Origin: Rhodobacter sp.
GTDB taxonomy: Bacteria > Pseudomonadota > Alphaproteobacteria > Rhodobacterales > Rhodobacteraceae
Assembly: GCA_041905595.1 (NCBI GenBank)
Contig: JAYRKT010000023.1
Coordinates: 3,525-67,524, forward strand
DNA: 64,000 bases
Direction: 5' to 3'
A program made the translations under genes and the position numbers. The notes beneath the pieces were generated by a model. The model had not been told where the DNA came from. It did not search any database and was given only the letters and a program-made list of their open reading frames with translations. Shown one piece after another: positions 8,536 to 18,000 of this stretch. The first letter of the stretch is position 1. Each line of letters opens with the position of its first letter.

Positions 8536-10622
8536 TTCGCTCCCTTCTTGTCGCGGGTGATGAGGTAGGAGCCGCTGGCATCCAGCCGCGCGGTCCAGCC
8601 CGGTTCGATCACGATGGTGGTGGTGATTTCCTCGATCACCGCAGGCCCCTTGATCGTCGCCCCGGCGCCAAGCGGTGTGCCGTCATAGATCGGGGTCTTC
8701 ACGCGCTTGCCGTCGGCCGAGAAGACCGCGTCGCGATACCCCTTCAGCGCCTTGGCGGGGGCGGCGCCCTTGCCGATCGTCATGCGCGATGGCTTGTCGA
8801 CCACGCCGTAAAGCGTGCTTTCGATGTTGACCACCTCGACTGTCGAGTTGGGCTCGGCATAGGTGTAGAGTTCCTTGTGACGCTTGTGGAAGGCGTCCTT
8901 GATCTTGCCTATCGACTTCGCGTCGACCTTGAAGGTGCCGATCTCGACCGTGCACTCGTGCACCTGCCCGACATACCGCATGTCGAGGCTGCGCCTGATC
9001 ACGATGTCCTTGCCCTTGAATCCGTCGGACTTGAGATGGCCGACCCCCTGCGCCTCGATCTCGGCGAAGAGTTCGTCGATCCGGGCATAGGCCGCCTCGT
9101 TGTCGAGCCGCAAAGGCGCGGTGGCCATGTAGTTGTACTTCACGTCGCTGATGATCTGGCCGAAGGCGCAAAGGCCCGAGGCCAGTTTCGGCAGCACGAT
9201 CGTGTCGATCCCGATCGCGTCGGCCAGCGCAGTGATATGCGCGGCCGTCGCCCCGCCCGCCCCGACCAGCACGAAGTCGCGCGGGTCATAGCCGCGCTCC
9301 ACAGTGACGCGGCGGATGCCGTTCACCATGTTGGCGTTGACGATGGTGAACATGCCGTAGGCGGCCCGCTCGACGCTCATCTTCAGCGGCTCGGCAAGGT
9401 GGGTCTTGATCGCCTCTCGCGCCTTTGCGGCGTCAAGGGGAAGGCGGCCGCCAACCAGACCATCGGGGTTGAGGTAGCCGAGGACGAGGTTCGCATCGCT
9501 CACCGTCGGGAGCTTCCCGCCCTGCCCGTAGCAGGCCGGTCCGGGGTCGGAACCCGCCGATTGCGGCCCCATCTGCATCAGCCCCATCTCGTCGATCCAG
9601 CCGATCGAGCCGCCCCCTGCGCCAAGCGTTTCCACCTGGATCATCGGCACGCCGATCCGGTAGCGCAGGAAGTCGATGTTCTTGTTGATGTTGGTCGAGC
9701 CGTCCTTGGTCAGCGTGATGTCGAACGAAGTTCCGCCCATGTCGACGGTGATCACGTCCTTTTTGCCGAAGGGTTCGCAGACATACTGCCCCGCCGCCGG
9801 CGCCGAGGCGGGGCCGGAGTTGATGGCATAGACCGAGCGGTCGGTCATCGCCTGCCCGATCGCCAACCCGCCGTTGGATTGGTAGTAGCGCACCGGCTGC
9901 TTCGCGCCGAGCGAGCGGAAATAGGCATCCACCGCATCGACATAGCGCTTCATGATCGGGGCGAGATAGGCGTTCACCACCGCGGTCGAGGTGCGGGTGT
10001 ATTCGCGGACCTGCGGGTAAAGCTCAGACCCGACCGTCAGGATCACGCCCGGCATCATTTCGCGCACGATCTCCGCCGCGCGGCGTTCATGCTCGGGCCG
10101 CAGGACCGACCAGACGAAGCTGATCGCCACCGTATCAACTCCCTCGGCCTTGAAGGTCTCGCAGGCGGCGCGGACATCGGCCTCGGTCAGCGGCTCGCGG
10201 ATGGTGCCGTCAGACAGGACACGCTCGCGGACGCCCCGGCGCAGGTAGCGCGGCACCAGCATGGTCGCCGGCGGATATTCCGGGTCGTAGCGATAGCCGT
10301 CCTCCTTGTGGCCAAGGCGGATTTCCAGGCTGTCCTCGTGGCCCGCGGTGCAGATCAGGCCGGTCTTGGCGCCCTTCAGCTGGATCAGGGCGTTCAGCCC
10401 CACGGTGGTGCCGTTGATGCAGAGGTCGCAGTTGGACACCACCTCTTCGGCGCTGACGCCCAGTTCCTCGGAGATGAGGGCCAGCCCATTGCGGATCGCC
10501 AGCGTCGGGTCCTGCGGGGTGGAAAGTGCCTTGAACAGGCGGACCTGCCCGGATTTGTCGGCCAGCACGAAGTCGGTGAAGGTGCCGCCCGCGTCGATGC
10601 CCAGTCGGTAATCGGATTTCAT
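8532..10622 (-). CDS. Hydantoinase A/oxoprolinase family ATP-binding subunit (HyuA/ApcC-like)
   Basis: GIDAGGTFTD, NGTTVGLNALIQLKGAKTGLICTAGHEDSLEI, EYTRTSTAVVNAY, INSGPASA, DMGGTSFD, GAGGGSI, SAGSDPGPACYGQGG, RGYDPRDF. Confidence 0.93.
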   Translation of the reverse strand: MKSDYRLGIDAGGTFTDFVLADKSGQVRLFKALSTPQDPTLAIRNGLALISEELGVSAEEVVSNCDLCINGTTVGLNALIQLKGAKTGLICTAGHEDSLEIRLGHKEDGYRYDPEYPPATMLVPRYLRRGVRERVLSDGTIREPLTEADVRAACETFKAEGVDTVAISFVWSVLRPEHERRAAEIVREMMPGVILTVGSELYPQVREYTRTSTAVVNAYLAPIMKRYVDAVDAYFRSLGAKQPVRYYQSNGGLAIGQAMTDRSVYAINSGPASAPAAGQYVCEPFGKKDVITVDMGGTSFDITLTKDGSTNINKNIDFLRYRIGVPMIQVETLGAGGGSIGWIDEMGLMQMGPQSAGSDPGPACYGQGGKLPTVSDANLVLGYLNPDGLVGGRLPLDAAKAREAIKTHLAEPLKMSVERAAYGMFTIVNANMVNGIRRVTVERGYDPRDFVLVGAGGATAAHITALADAIGIDTIVLPKLASGLCAFGQIISDVKYNYMATAPLRLDNEAAYARIDELFAEIEAQGVGHLKSDGFKGKDIVIRRSLDMRYVGQVHECTVEIGTFKVDAKSIGKIKDAFHKRHKELYTYAEPNSTVEVVNIESTLYGVVDKPSRMTIGKGAAPAKALKGYRDAVFSADGKRVKTPIYDGTPLGAGATIKGPAVIEEITTTIVIEPGWTARLDASGSYLITRDKKGAK

Positions 10623-10635
10623 CGCGCGTCCCCCC

Positions 10636-12420
10636 TCACTTCGCGGCCTGGGCGCGGCGCTTGGCGCGCAGCGCGTCGGTTGCCTTCATGTCCACGCTCA
10701 GCGTGGCGGGATCGGTGATGACGACGCCGTAATCCTCCCTTGCTCCCTCGATCGAAACGAGGCCGTTCTTGACGTCCCAGGTGACCTTTTCCACGGCCCG
10801 GTCCATCGGGTTGCCGTAGCCGCCGCCTCCGGGGTTCATGTTGGTGATACGATCGCCCGGCTTGATGACCCGGATGACGTTTTCGCGGATGGTTTCCGAG
10901 ACCTTCCCTTCCACCAGTTCCAGCCGCCCGACCTTGGTGTCGACCAGCGTGCTTGCCGCGCCGGCGGCCCCAACCGCGGGGATGCGCCGACCCTCGCCGA
11001 AGGTGATGAAGGTCATGTCGTCGTTCAGCGGCTCCACCTCCCAGGCGGTGCCGGATCCGCCGCGGAACCTGCCCGCGCCGCCGCTGTCGGTCATCAGCGA
11101 ATAGCGGTGGATGATGATCGGATAGGAGTATTCCAGCAGCTCGACATCGCCCGAGGTCAGCGCGCCGAAACAACATTCCGGCCCGCAGGCATGCCAGCCG
11201 TCCTGGCTGGGCGTGGCCCCCGCGCCCGAGATGATGGTAGCCAGCACCATCGTCACGTATTCCTCATCGTGACGCTTGTCCCAGCCGGCGATGTTCAGCC
11301 CGTTGGCATGGCCCCACGAGGCCGAGACCTTGGCCGGGACCGCCTTCTCGAAGGCCAGCCGCACCGCATCGGTCAGCGTCTCCATCGGCGTCGTGGTGCA
11401 GTTCATGTGCGGCGCCGGTTCGGCGGCGTTGCAGATCGTGCCCTTCGGCCCGAAATCAACCGACACGCAGCGATAAAGCCCCTCGTTGTAGGGAGGCGGC
11501 AACTGGGCGAACATCATCAGGCCCAAATAGACGCCCGAATGGCTGTTCCCCTCGTAGCTGTTGATGAAATAGGGGATCTGCGGCGGCGAGGAGATGGCGA
11601 TGTGGCAGCTGTCGCCCTTGATGGTGACCGTCGCCCGGATCTCGAAATCCCCGTAGCCGTGACCTGCATCCTCAAGGATCGCGGCGCCTTCATAGGTGCC
11701 GTCGGGCACGCCCGCGATCAGGCTGCGCATCTGTTTCTCGGCCATGTCGAGCAGCATCTCGATGCAGGCATCGACCTGTTCCTCGCCGTACTTCTCCAAC
11801 ATCGCCAGAAGCGCGCGCTCACCCACCTGGCATGCGCCGATCAGCGCGTTGAAGTCGCCCTCCTGGTCGCGGCGGGCGCGCATGTTGGTCAGGATAAAGT
11901 TCAGCACGTCCTTGCGCGGCTGGCCCCGGTCCCAGACCTTGACCGGCGGGATGCGCAGGCACTCGGCGTAGATTTCCTTGGCATTCGGGTTGTAGCCAGC
12001 CGGGACCGGCCCGCCGACATCTGTCAGGTGGCCCTTGCAGACGGTCCAGTATTTCAGCCGTCCCTTCCAGAACACCGGTTTGTAAAAACAAGTATCGATG
12101 GCATGCGACCCGCCCCAGGCCGGGTCGTTGTGGATTATGAGATCGCCTTCGTGGATGTCGCCCTCGAAATACTTCGCCACCACCTTCATCGCCGGGATCA
12201 GCGAGCCGAGGTGGATGGGGATGTCCTGCCCCTGCAGGATCATCTCGGGGCGGTGATTGAACAGCGCCGTCGAATAGTCATGCGCAAGGTTGAAGACCGA
12301 GGACCGCGCGGTCTTTTCCAGCGACAGCGTCATCTCGCGCTGCGTCGTCTCGAGGATGCCCCGCACCACCGACAGGGTGATCGGGTCCACCTCCACCTTC
12401 ATCCTTGGTCTTGCCGCCAT
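10636..12420 (-). CDS. Hydantoinase B/oxoprolinase family subunit (HyuB/ApcD-like)
   Basis: VDPITLSVV, IPIHLGS, HNDPAWGGSH, HLTDVGG, GGAGRFRGG, NPGGGGYGNP. Start set at ATG 12420 behind GAGGG. Confidence 0.93.
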   Translation of the reverse strand: MAARPRMKVEVDPITLSVVRGILETTQREMTLSLEKTARSSVFNLAHDYSTALFNHRPEMILQGQDIPIHLGSLIPAMKVVAKYFEGDIHEGDLIIHNDPAWGGSHAIDTCFYKPVFWKGRLKYWTVCKGHLTDVGGPVPAGYNPNAKEIYAECLRIPPVKVWDRGQPRKDVLNFILTNMRARRDQEGDFNALIGACQVGERALLAMLEKYGEEQVDACIEMLLDMAEKQMRSLIAGVPDGTYEGAAILEDAGHGYGDFEIRATVTIKGDSCHIAISSPPQIPYFINSYEGNSHSGVYLGLMMFAQLPPPYNEGLYRCVSVDFGPKGTICNAAEPAPHMNCTTTPMETLTDAVRLAFEKAVPAKVSASWGHANGLNIAGWDKRHDEEYVTMVLATIISGAGATPSQDGWHACGPECCFGALTSGDVELLEYSYPIIIHRYSLMTDSGGAGRFRGGSGTAWEVEPLNDDMTFITFGEGRRIPAVGAAGAASTLVDTKVGRLELVEGKVSETIRENVIRVIKPGDRITNMNPGGGGYGNPMDRAVEKVTWDVKNGLVSIEGAREDYGVVITDPATLSVDMKATDALRAKRRAQAAK

Positions 12421-12674
12421 CACGAAGCCCTCCGTTGAGAGCCGTGCAAACAGGGACCGCCCGGCCCTGAGGCCGGTCTGTGATGCTGGAAATCCCTGTC
12501 GCACGGCGTCTGTTGCGCCTTTGATGTGACAAGGCTAGCGAGCGTCAGGCCTGCGCGTCTTTGCAGGCGGCGCACCTCCTTTTGCGTTTCCGTGCAGTCC
12601 TGCCCCGGTACGACATGCGGCGCTTGCCCGACTCGATGCGACATGCCCTGATGCGCAAAGGGGGAACGCGGCGC

Positions 12675-13619
12675 ATGAAAAGCACCATCACCACGCGGGG
12701 AATCGACCAGTCGGCACGCAGCAGCCACTGGCACGAGACGATCGCGCGGACCTACTTCCCGCTCGACCTGACCTTCGCCCGGCCCGAGGCCTTCGACGGC
12801 GAGCTGTCCTGCTGGGACCTGGGCGAGGTGTCGCTGTCGCGCCTGACCTCGGATGCGCTTCTGTACCGCCGGCTGCCGAAACACTTTCGCGAACCCGGCC
12901 CCGAGGAGTTTCTTGTGACTCTTCCCGCCAAGGCCGAGGTGCGCTTTGCCCAGGGCGGCAAGGAGGTGCGCGCCAATCCCGGCGCCTTCTTCATCGAGCG
13001 CAGCCACGAGCCCTACGAATTCAGCCATGCCGAGCCTGCCGACCTTTGGGTGATGAAGCTGTCGAAGGACATGCTCGGCGGGCGGATCCGTGCGCCGGAC
13101 CGGTTCTGCTCGCTGCAGTTTGATGCGACAAACGGGGCGAACGGGCTGTTCGTGGACATGGTCCACCTGATCCCGCAGCGCTATGACGCGATGAGCGAAG
13201 AGACCCGCGCCATCGTGGGGCGGCAACTCGCCGACCTGCTGGCGTTGGCGATCCAGTCCGACGAACGGGTGCTGACCTCCGGCGTCTCGACGGTGCGCAC
13301 GGCGCATCTCGCCCGGATCGAAGCCTTCGTGCGCCGCAACATCGACGACCCCGATCTGGGTCCCGATGAAGTGGCGGCGGGCTGTGGGATTTCGGTGCGC
13401 TACCTGCACGAGCTCTTGCGCGACACCAACACGACGCTTGGCCAGTGGGTCCGCGACACAAGGTTGATGGCCGCGATGGAGGATCTCCGGAACCCCGCCG
13501 ACTGCCGAACCATCGGCGAGATCGCCTTTGCGCGGGGCTTCACCGATCAGGCGCAGTTCAGCCGCGCCTTCCGCTCGCGCTTCGGCTTCAGTCCCAAGGA
13601 GGCGCGCGGCCGAGGCTGA
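12675..13619 (+). CDS. AraC family transcriptional regulator (FeaR-like effector domain)
   Basis: C-terminal double HTH (VAAGCGISVRYLHELL; TIGEIAFARGFTDQAQFSRAFRSRFGFSPKE). Divergent from hydantoinase B. Start set at ATG 12675. Confidence 0.9.
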   Translation: MKSTITTRGIDQSARSSHWHETIARTYFPLDLTFARPEAFDGELSCWDLGEVSLSRLTSDALLYRRLPKHFREPGPEEFLVTLPAKAEVRFAQGGKEVRANPGAFFIERSHEPYEFSHAEPADLWVMKLSKDMLGGRIRAPDRFCSLQFDATNGANGLFVDMVHLIPQRYDAMSEETRAIVGRQLADLLALAIQSDERVLTSGVSTVRTAHLARIEAFVRRNIDDPDLGPDEVAAGCGISVRYLHELLRDTNTTLGQWVRDTRLMAAMEDLRNPADCRTIGEIAFARGFTDQAQFSRAFRSRFGFSPKEARGRG

Positions 13620-13645
13620 GCCGGGGCCCGCCGTCACCTCCGCCC

Positions 13646-13671
13646 CCTTCCCCGCGACATCGCGAGGAAGG
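13646..13671. terminator. Imperfect hairpin between convergent genes
   Basis: CCTTCC-C-CGCG-ACAT-CGCG-A-GGAAGG core with further flanking complementarity (CTCCG/CGGAG). Confidence 0.35.
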
Positions 13672-13702
13672 CGGTCAGGGAAACGGAGGGCGGCCGGGTG
13701 CA

Positions 13703-14671
13703 TCACCGTCCCAGATGGTCGCGCACGCGCCGCAGCGCCGCCTGTCGGTCATGGCGGGCGGCAAGCGCCTGATCCATCGTCACCTCAATGAAGCGCGCTG
13801 GCGCATGTGGCTGAAGCTGGCCGATCAGGTCCATGTCGGCGCTGATGACGCAGCCCAGCATCATGTAACCGCCGCCCGAGACCGCATCGCGGTGCAGTAC
13901 GATCGGCTCAGTCCCGCCCGGCACCTGGATCGAGCCGTAAGGATAGCAGGCATCGACGATGTTCGAAGGGTTCGATCCCGCACCGAAGGGTTGTTCGCGC
14001 GGCACGAAGTCAAGCGCCTTGCCACCGCGGAAGCGATAGCCGATCCGGTCGGCCTCGGGCGCGACCTTCCAGGTGTCGGCAAAGAACTGTCGCCCCGCAT
14101 CGGCGGTGATCCGGTGCCAGTAGAGGCCGGGCAGCATCCGCAGTTCCGCGGGGTTCCCCGGCCCGCGCCGCAGGTTGGCCGGCACCGCGCCCTTTCCGCC
14201 GCCCCCCTTGCCGACCGGCAGTTCGTCCCCGGCCTTCAGCGCCCGCCCCTCGTGTCCGCCAAGCGCCCCGAGCGTGTAGGTCGAGCGCGAGCCGAGCTTG
14301 ACCGGCACGTCGATCCCGCCCGAGACGGCGATATAGGCCCGTGCGCCCGCCTTGAGGAAGCCGAAGCTCAGCCGGTCGCCCGCCTTGATAGGGAACGCTT
14401 CCCAGGTCGCGCGCTCTTCCCCGTTGACCTTTGGCGGCAGGTCGCCGCCTGTCACGGCGACGGTGGCCGGGGCGGTGAATTCCAGCTCTGGCCCCATGAA
14501 CACCGCTTCCAGCACAGCCGCGCCTTCGTCATTGCCAACCAGCATGTTGGCCACGCGCAGCGCAAAGCGGTCCATCCCGCCAGAGATCGGAATGCCGAGG
14601 TGGTAGTAGCCGGGCCGGCCAAGATCCTGAACCGTGGTCGAGAGGCCCGGAGAATGAACCTTAACGGCCAT
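13703..14671 (-). CDS. Biotin-dependent carboxyltransferase family protein (AHS2/PxpC/KipA-like)
   Basis: PGLSTTVQDLGRPGYYHLGIPISGGMDRFALRVANMLVGN, RAYIAVSGGIDVP, ADRIGYRF, GSIQVPGG. Confidence 0.9.
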   Translation of the reverse strand: MAVKVHSPGLSTTVQDLGRPGYYHLGIPISGGMDRFALRVANMLVGNDEGAAVLEAVFMGPELEFTAPATVAVTGGDLPPKVNGEERATWEAFPIKAGDRLSFGFLKAGARAYIAVSGGIDVPVKLGSRSTYTLGALGGHEGRALKAGDELPVGKGGGGKGAVPANLRRGPGNPAELRMLPGLYWHRITADAGRQFFADTWKVAPEADRIGYRFRGGKALDFVPREQPFGAGSNPSNIVDACYPYGSIQVPGGTEPIVLHRDAVSGGGYMMLGCVISADMDLIGQLQPHAPARFIEVTMDQALAARHDRQAALRRVRDHLGR

Positions 14672-15536
14672 GAAGCGCCTCCATCAGCTTGGCATTGGTG
14701 CCGGCCATGTCCTTGTTGAAATCGGCAAGCGAGAAGGTCGCCGGGCGGATCACCGGCTCGAACCGGTTCGCCTCGACCGCCTCCAGCGCCGCGTCGTAGT
14801 CGTCGCGGCCGATCGGCTTCCACTTCACGATGTCGCCGGGGCGGAACAGGCACATCTCGTCCTGAAGGTAGCTGACCTGCTGGTTCGGGTCGTAGATCGG
14901 CATCGGCGTGATGCCGAACATCTGGTAACCGCCAGCGCCGCGCACCGAGTAAATGCAGCTGAAGCAACCGCCATGGCCGATGGTCAACTTCGGCGTATCG
15001 GTCCTTGGCCGCAGGTATTTTGGCACCTGAAGCTGCTTCTTCCGCTCGACCATCTGGTAGAGGAACGGCAGGCCCGCCACGAAGCCGACCATCGAGACGA
15101 ACCAGGGCTGGCTGGAATGGGCCTTGATGAAATTCTCGACCGTGCCCAGCCCGTTGATCTCGGCCGCGTATTCGAGGTCGGTCTTCGTCGGGTCCTGATG
15201 CCGCTCGCGGAAACGCATCAGCGTCTCGTGCGTCCAGGGGTCCTGGTAGAAAACCGGGATTTCCATGATCCGGGTCTTGAGCGAGGCGTCCGACTTCGAC
15301 GCTGCGGCCTCCATCCCCTTCAGTTCCTTGAGCAGGTCGTCGGGCCTGATGGCGTCAGGGTCGAACTTGATCTGGAAGCTCGCATTGGCCGGGCAGATCT
15401 CGGTCACGCCCTTGATGCCGGCCTCGCGCACGGCGTTGGTCATCGACAGCGAGGTGAAGAAGGCCTCAAGCGACATGCCTTCGGAAACCTCTCCGAAGAT
15501 GTGCTCGTCGCCCCCGAAGCTGAATCGGATCGACAT
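14661..15536 (-). CDS. Carboxyltransferase domain protein (AHS1/PxpB/KipI-like), long type
   Basis: RFSFGGDEH, EICPANAS, WFVSMVGFVAGLP, RPRTDTP, IYSVRGAGGYQMFGITP, LFRPGDIVKW. Confidence 0.88.
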   Translation of the reverse strand: MSIRFSFGGDEHIFGEVSEGMSLEAFFTSLSMTNAVREAGIKGVTEICPANASFQIKFDPDAIRPDDLLKELKGMEAAASKSDASLKTRIMEIPVFYQDPWTHETLMRFRERHQDPTKTDLEYAAEINGLGTVENFIKAHSSQPWFVSMVGFVAGLPFLYQMVERKKQLQVPKYLRPRTDTPKLTIGHGGCFSCIYSVRGAGGYQMFGITPMPIYDPNQQVSYLQDEMCLFRPGDIVKWKPIGRDDYDAALEAVEANRFEPVIRPATFSLADFNKDMAGTNAKLMEALHGR

Positions 15537-15544
15537 GGTCCCTC

Positions 15545-16924
15545 CTATGGTTCGAGATCCGGCACCAGCCGGGCGGAGTGGGTTTCAAGCCAGCCTTCCA
15601 GCCAGCGGGTATGAACGGCGTTCGCCTGCACGTCGGGATCCTCGGCAAGTGCGAGGAACAGCGGCTTGGTGGTGCGCAGTCCCTCGATCCGGGTCTCGGC
15701 CAGCGCGCGGACCAGCCGCCGGATCGCCGCCTCGCGCGTCTCGCCATGGACGACCAGCTTGGCCAGCAGCGAGTCGTAAAACGGCGGCACCGTGTAGCCG
15801 GAATAGAGCATCGACTCGAACCGCACGCCCGGCCCGCCGGGCACGCGCAGCGCGCTGACGGTTCCGGGGAACGGGGCGAAATCGCGCGACGGGTCCTCGG
15901 CATTCAGCCGCACTTCGATGGCATGGCCGCGCACCGCGATGTCACGCTGTTTCAGGCGCAACGGCTCGCCCCCGGCGATGCGCAGGCCCTCGGCCACCAG
16001 ATCGACGCCGGTGATCATCTCGGTCACTGGATGCTCGACCTGGATGCGGGTGTTCATCTCGATGAAGAAGAAGCGGTCCGACGCATCGTCATAAAGGAAC
16101 TCGATCGTCCCTGCGCCGGAATAGCCCACGGCGCGGGTCAGCCGAACCGCGCTCTGGCACAGCTCGTCGCGAACGCGGTCCGACAGCGCGCACGAGGGCG
16201 CCTCTTCCCAGACCTTTTGGCGGCGGCGCTGGAGCGAGCATTCCCGTTCGTAACAGTGGACCGCATCGCGACCGTCGCCCAGCACCTGCACCTCGATATG
16301 CCGGGCCCGGCTCACGACCTTTTCCATGTAGAGGCCGCCATCGCCGAAAGCGGCCAGCGCCTCGGCCGCGGCCTGCGGAAAGGCCGCCTCGAACTCGGCC
16401 AGCCCGTTGGCGATGCGGATTCCCCGCCCGCCCCCGCCGGCGGCGGCCTTGATCATCACCGGAAAGCCGGTGTCGAGCAGGATGTGCCGCGCCGCCTCGA
16501 TATCGGCTACACGCCCCATCGACCCGGGCACAACCGGCACACCCGCCGCGTGGGCGGCTGAGCGGGCAGCAACCTTGTCGCCCATGGTGCGAATCGCCTC
16601 GGCCGACGGGCCGACGAAAACGATCCCGGCCGTCGCGCAGGCCTCGGCGAACTCGGCATTCTCGGCGAGGAATCCGTAACCCGGATGGATGCTTTCCGCG
16701 CCGGTCTGCTCGGCCGCCTTTAGGATCGCCGCGACGTTCAGGTAGCTTTTCTTCGCCGCCGGCGGGCCGATGTTCACCGCCTCGTCCGCGATCTGCACAT
16801 GCAGGCTGTCGCGGTCGGCGTCGGAGTACACGGCGACGGTCGCGATGCCGAGGTCTTTCGCCGCGCGGATCACCCGCACGGCAATCTCACCCCGGTTGGC
16901 GACCAGAAGCTTCTTCAGCATCAA
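15545..16924 (-). CDS. Biotin carboxylase (AccC-like, ATP-grasp)
   Basis: KLLVANRGEIAVRVIRA, IHPGYGFLAEN, MIKAAAGGGGRGIR, ERECSLQRRRQKV, FIEMNTRIQVEHPVTE, YDSLLAKL. Confidence 0.95.
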   Translation of the reverse strand: MMLKKLLVANRGEIAVRVIRAAKDLGIATVAVYSDADRDSLHVQIADEAVNIGPPAAKKSYLNVAAILKAAEQTGAESIHPGYGFLAENAEFAEACATAGIVFVGPSAEAIRTMGDKVAARSAAHAAGVPVVPGSMGRVADIEAARHILLDTGFPVMIKAAAGGGGRGIRIANGLAEFEAAFPQAAAEALAAFGDGGLYMEKVVSRARHIEVQVLGDGRDAVHCYERECSLQRRRQKVWEEAPSCALSDRVRDELCQSAVRLTRAVGYSGAGTIEFLYDDASDRFFFIEMNTRIQVEHPVTEMITGVDLVAEGLRIAGGEPLRLKQRDIAVRGHAIEVRLNAEDPSRDFAPFPGTVSALRVPGGPGVRFESMLYSGYTVPPFYDSLLAKLVVHGETREAAIRRLVRALAETRIEGLRTTKPLFLALAEDPDVQANAVHTRWLEGWLETHSARLVPDLEP

Positions 16925-17154
16925 TCGACCTCGGCCAGTACCGCGCCCGCCATGACGGGCTCTTCATTGTCGCAGGCGAAGCGGATGTTCGACCCCGCCA
17001 CATCGGCCTTCACTTCGTGGAAGGACTTCATCACCTCGATCAGACCGATCACGTCGCCAACCGCGACGGCATCGCCATCGGCCTTGAAGGGCGGCTTGTC
17101 GGGCGACGAGGCGCGGTAGAAGGTGCCGGGAAGGGGGGACAGAAGCTGGGCCAT
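16921..17154 (-). CDS. Biotin carboxyl carrier protein (minimal lipoyl/biotinyl domain)
   Basis: MAQLLSPLPGTFYRASSPDKPPF...GLIEVMKSFHEVKA, with EVMK biotin-attachment motif. Start at ATG 17154 (77 aa). Confidence 0.9.
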   Translation of the reverse strand: MAQLLSPLPGTFYRASSPDKPPFKADGDAVAVGDVIGLIEVMKSFHEVKADVAGSNIRFACDNEEPVMAGAVLAEVD

Positions 17155-17164
17155 TTCGAACCTC

Positions 17165-17890
17165 TCAGATCGTGTAGGGCTGGACTGCCGCCCGGACCGC
17201 GCGGGCGATGTCGAGCGCGTTAGGCGTGTCGGAGTGGATGCAGATGGAGTCGCAGCGCACGGGGATGTCCGACCCGTCGGTCGCGGTACCCTTGCCCTCA
17301 CGGATCGCCCGGACGCAGCGCGCGGCGGCCACCGCCGGGTCCTTTGAGTCGTGCTCGCGGGTCACGATCAGGCTGCCATCGGGCCGGTAGTCGAGATCGG
17401 CATAGAACTCGGCCACAAATCCATGCCCGCGCGCCGGATAGACCGTCTCGTGCAACGTCCCAGTCATGCCGAGAAGCGGCACCTTGAAGACATCGGCCGC
17501 GTCGCAGACCGCCTGCGCAATCTCGTCCTGCCGCGCGGCCATGCCATAGAGGCTGCCATGCGGCTTGATGTGGTTGAGCTCCATACCCTCGGCCTTCAGG
17601 AAACCGCAGAGGGCGCCGATCTGGTAGATCAGGCAGTTCGCCATCTCTTCCCGGCCCATCTTCATCTCGCGCCGGCCGAAACCCTGCAGATCGGGAAGCG
17701 ACGGATGCGCACCCACTTTCACGCCGTGCTGCTTCGCAAGCCGGACGGTGGAGCGCATGTGGTTGAAATCGCTGGCATGAAAGCCGCAGGCCACATTGGC
17801 GATGTGGATGTAGGGCATCATCCCAGCATCATCGCCCATGCGATAGAGACCAAAGCTCTCGCCCATGTCACAGTTGACCGTGACAGGCAT
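17165..17890 (-). CDS. pxpA: LamB/YcsF (5-oxoprolinase subunit PxpA-like) protein
   Basis: VNCDMGESFG, ANVACGFHASD, GAHPSLPDLQGFGRR, NHIKPHGSLYG, EFYADLDY, SICIHSDTP. Confidence 0.88.
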   Translation of the reverse strand: MPVTVNCDMGESFGLYRMGDDAGMMPYIHIANVACGFHASDFNHMRSTVRLAKQHGVKVGAHPSLPDLQGFGRREMKMGREEMANCLIYQIGALCGFLKAEGMELNHIKPHGSLYGMAARQDEIAQAVCDAADVFKVPLLGMTGTLHETVYPARGHGFVAEFYADLDYRPDGSLIVTREHDSKDPAVAAARCVRAIREGKGTATDGSDIPVRCDSICIHSDTPNALDIARAVRAAVQPYTI

Positions 17891-17972
17891 GACACCCCCC
17901 GCAATGTTGTCGATTTTTCTGGATGCTGGCGCGAGTCGCCTTCATTGGCAAATACGAAATTCTGCAACCTGT

Positions 17973-17989
17973 TATCGAAAATTATGATA
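17973..17989. promoter_or_regulatory. Putative LysR recognition box (T-N11-A dyad)
   Basis: TATC-GAAAATTAT-GATA dyad just upstream of the LysR start, in the divergent intergenic region. Confidence 0.5.
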
Positions 17990-18000
17990 CAGAGTGCTTC

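Noticed and set aside
8532-12420. Acetone carboxylase
   Set aside because: No AcxC-type small subunit or sigma54 activator is adjacent, and the coupled Liv-type importer suggests a non-volatile substrate.
12560-12585. TTTGC direct repeat at 21-nt spacing as an AraC site
   Set aside because: Only 5 bp match. Suggestive, but too weak to call without footprinting.
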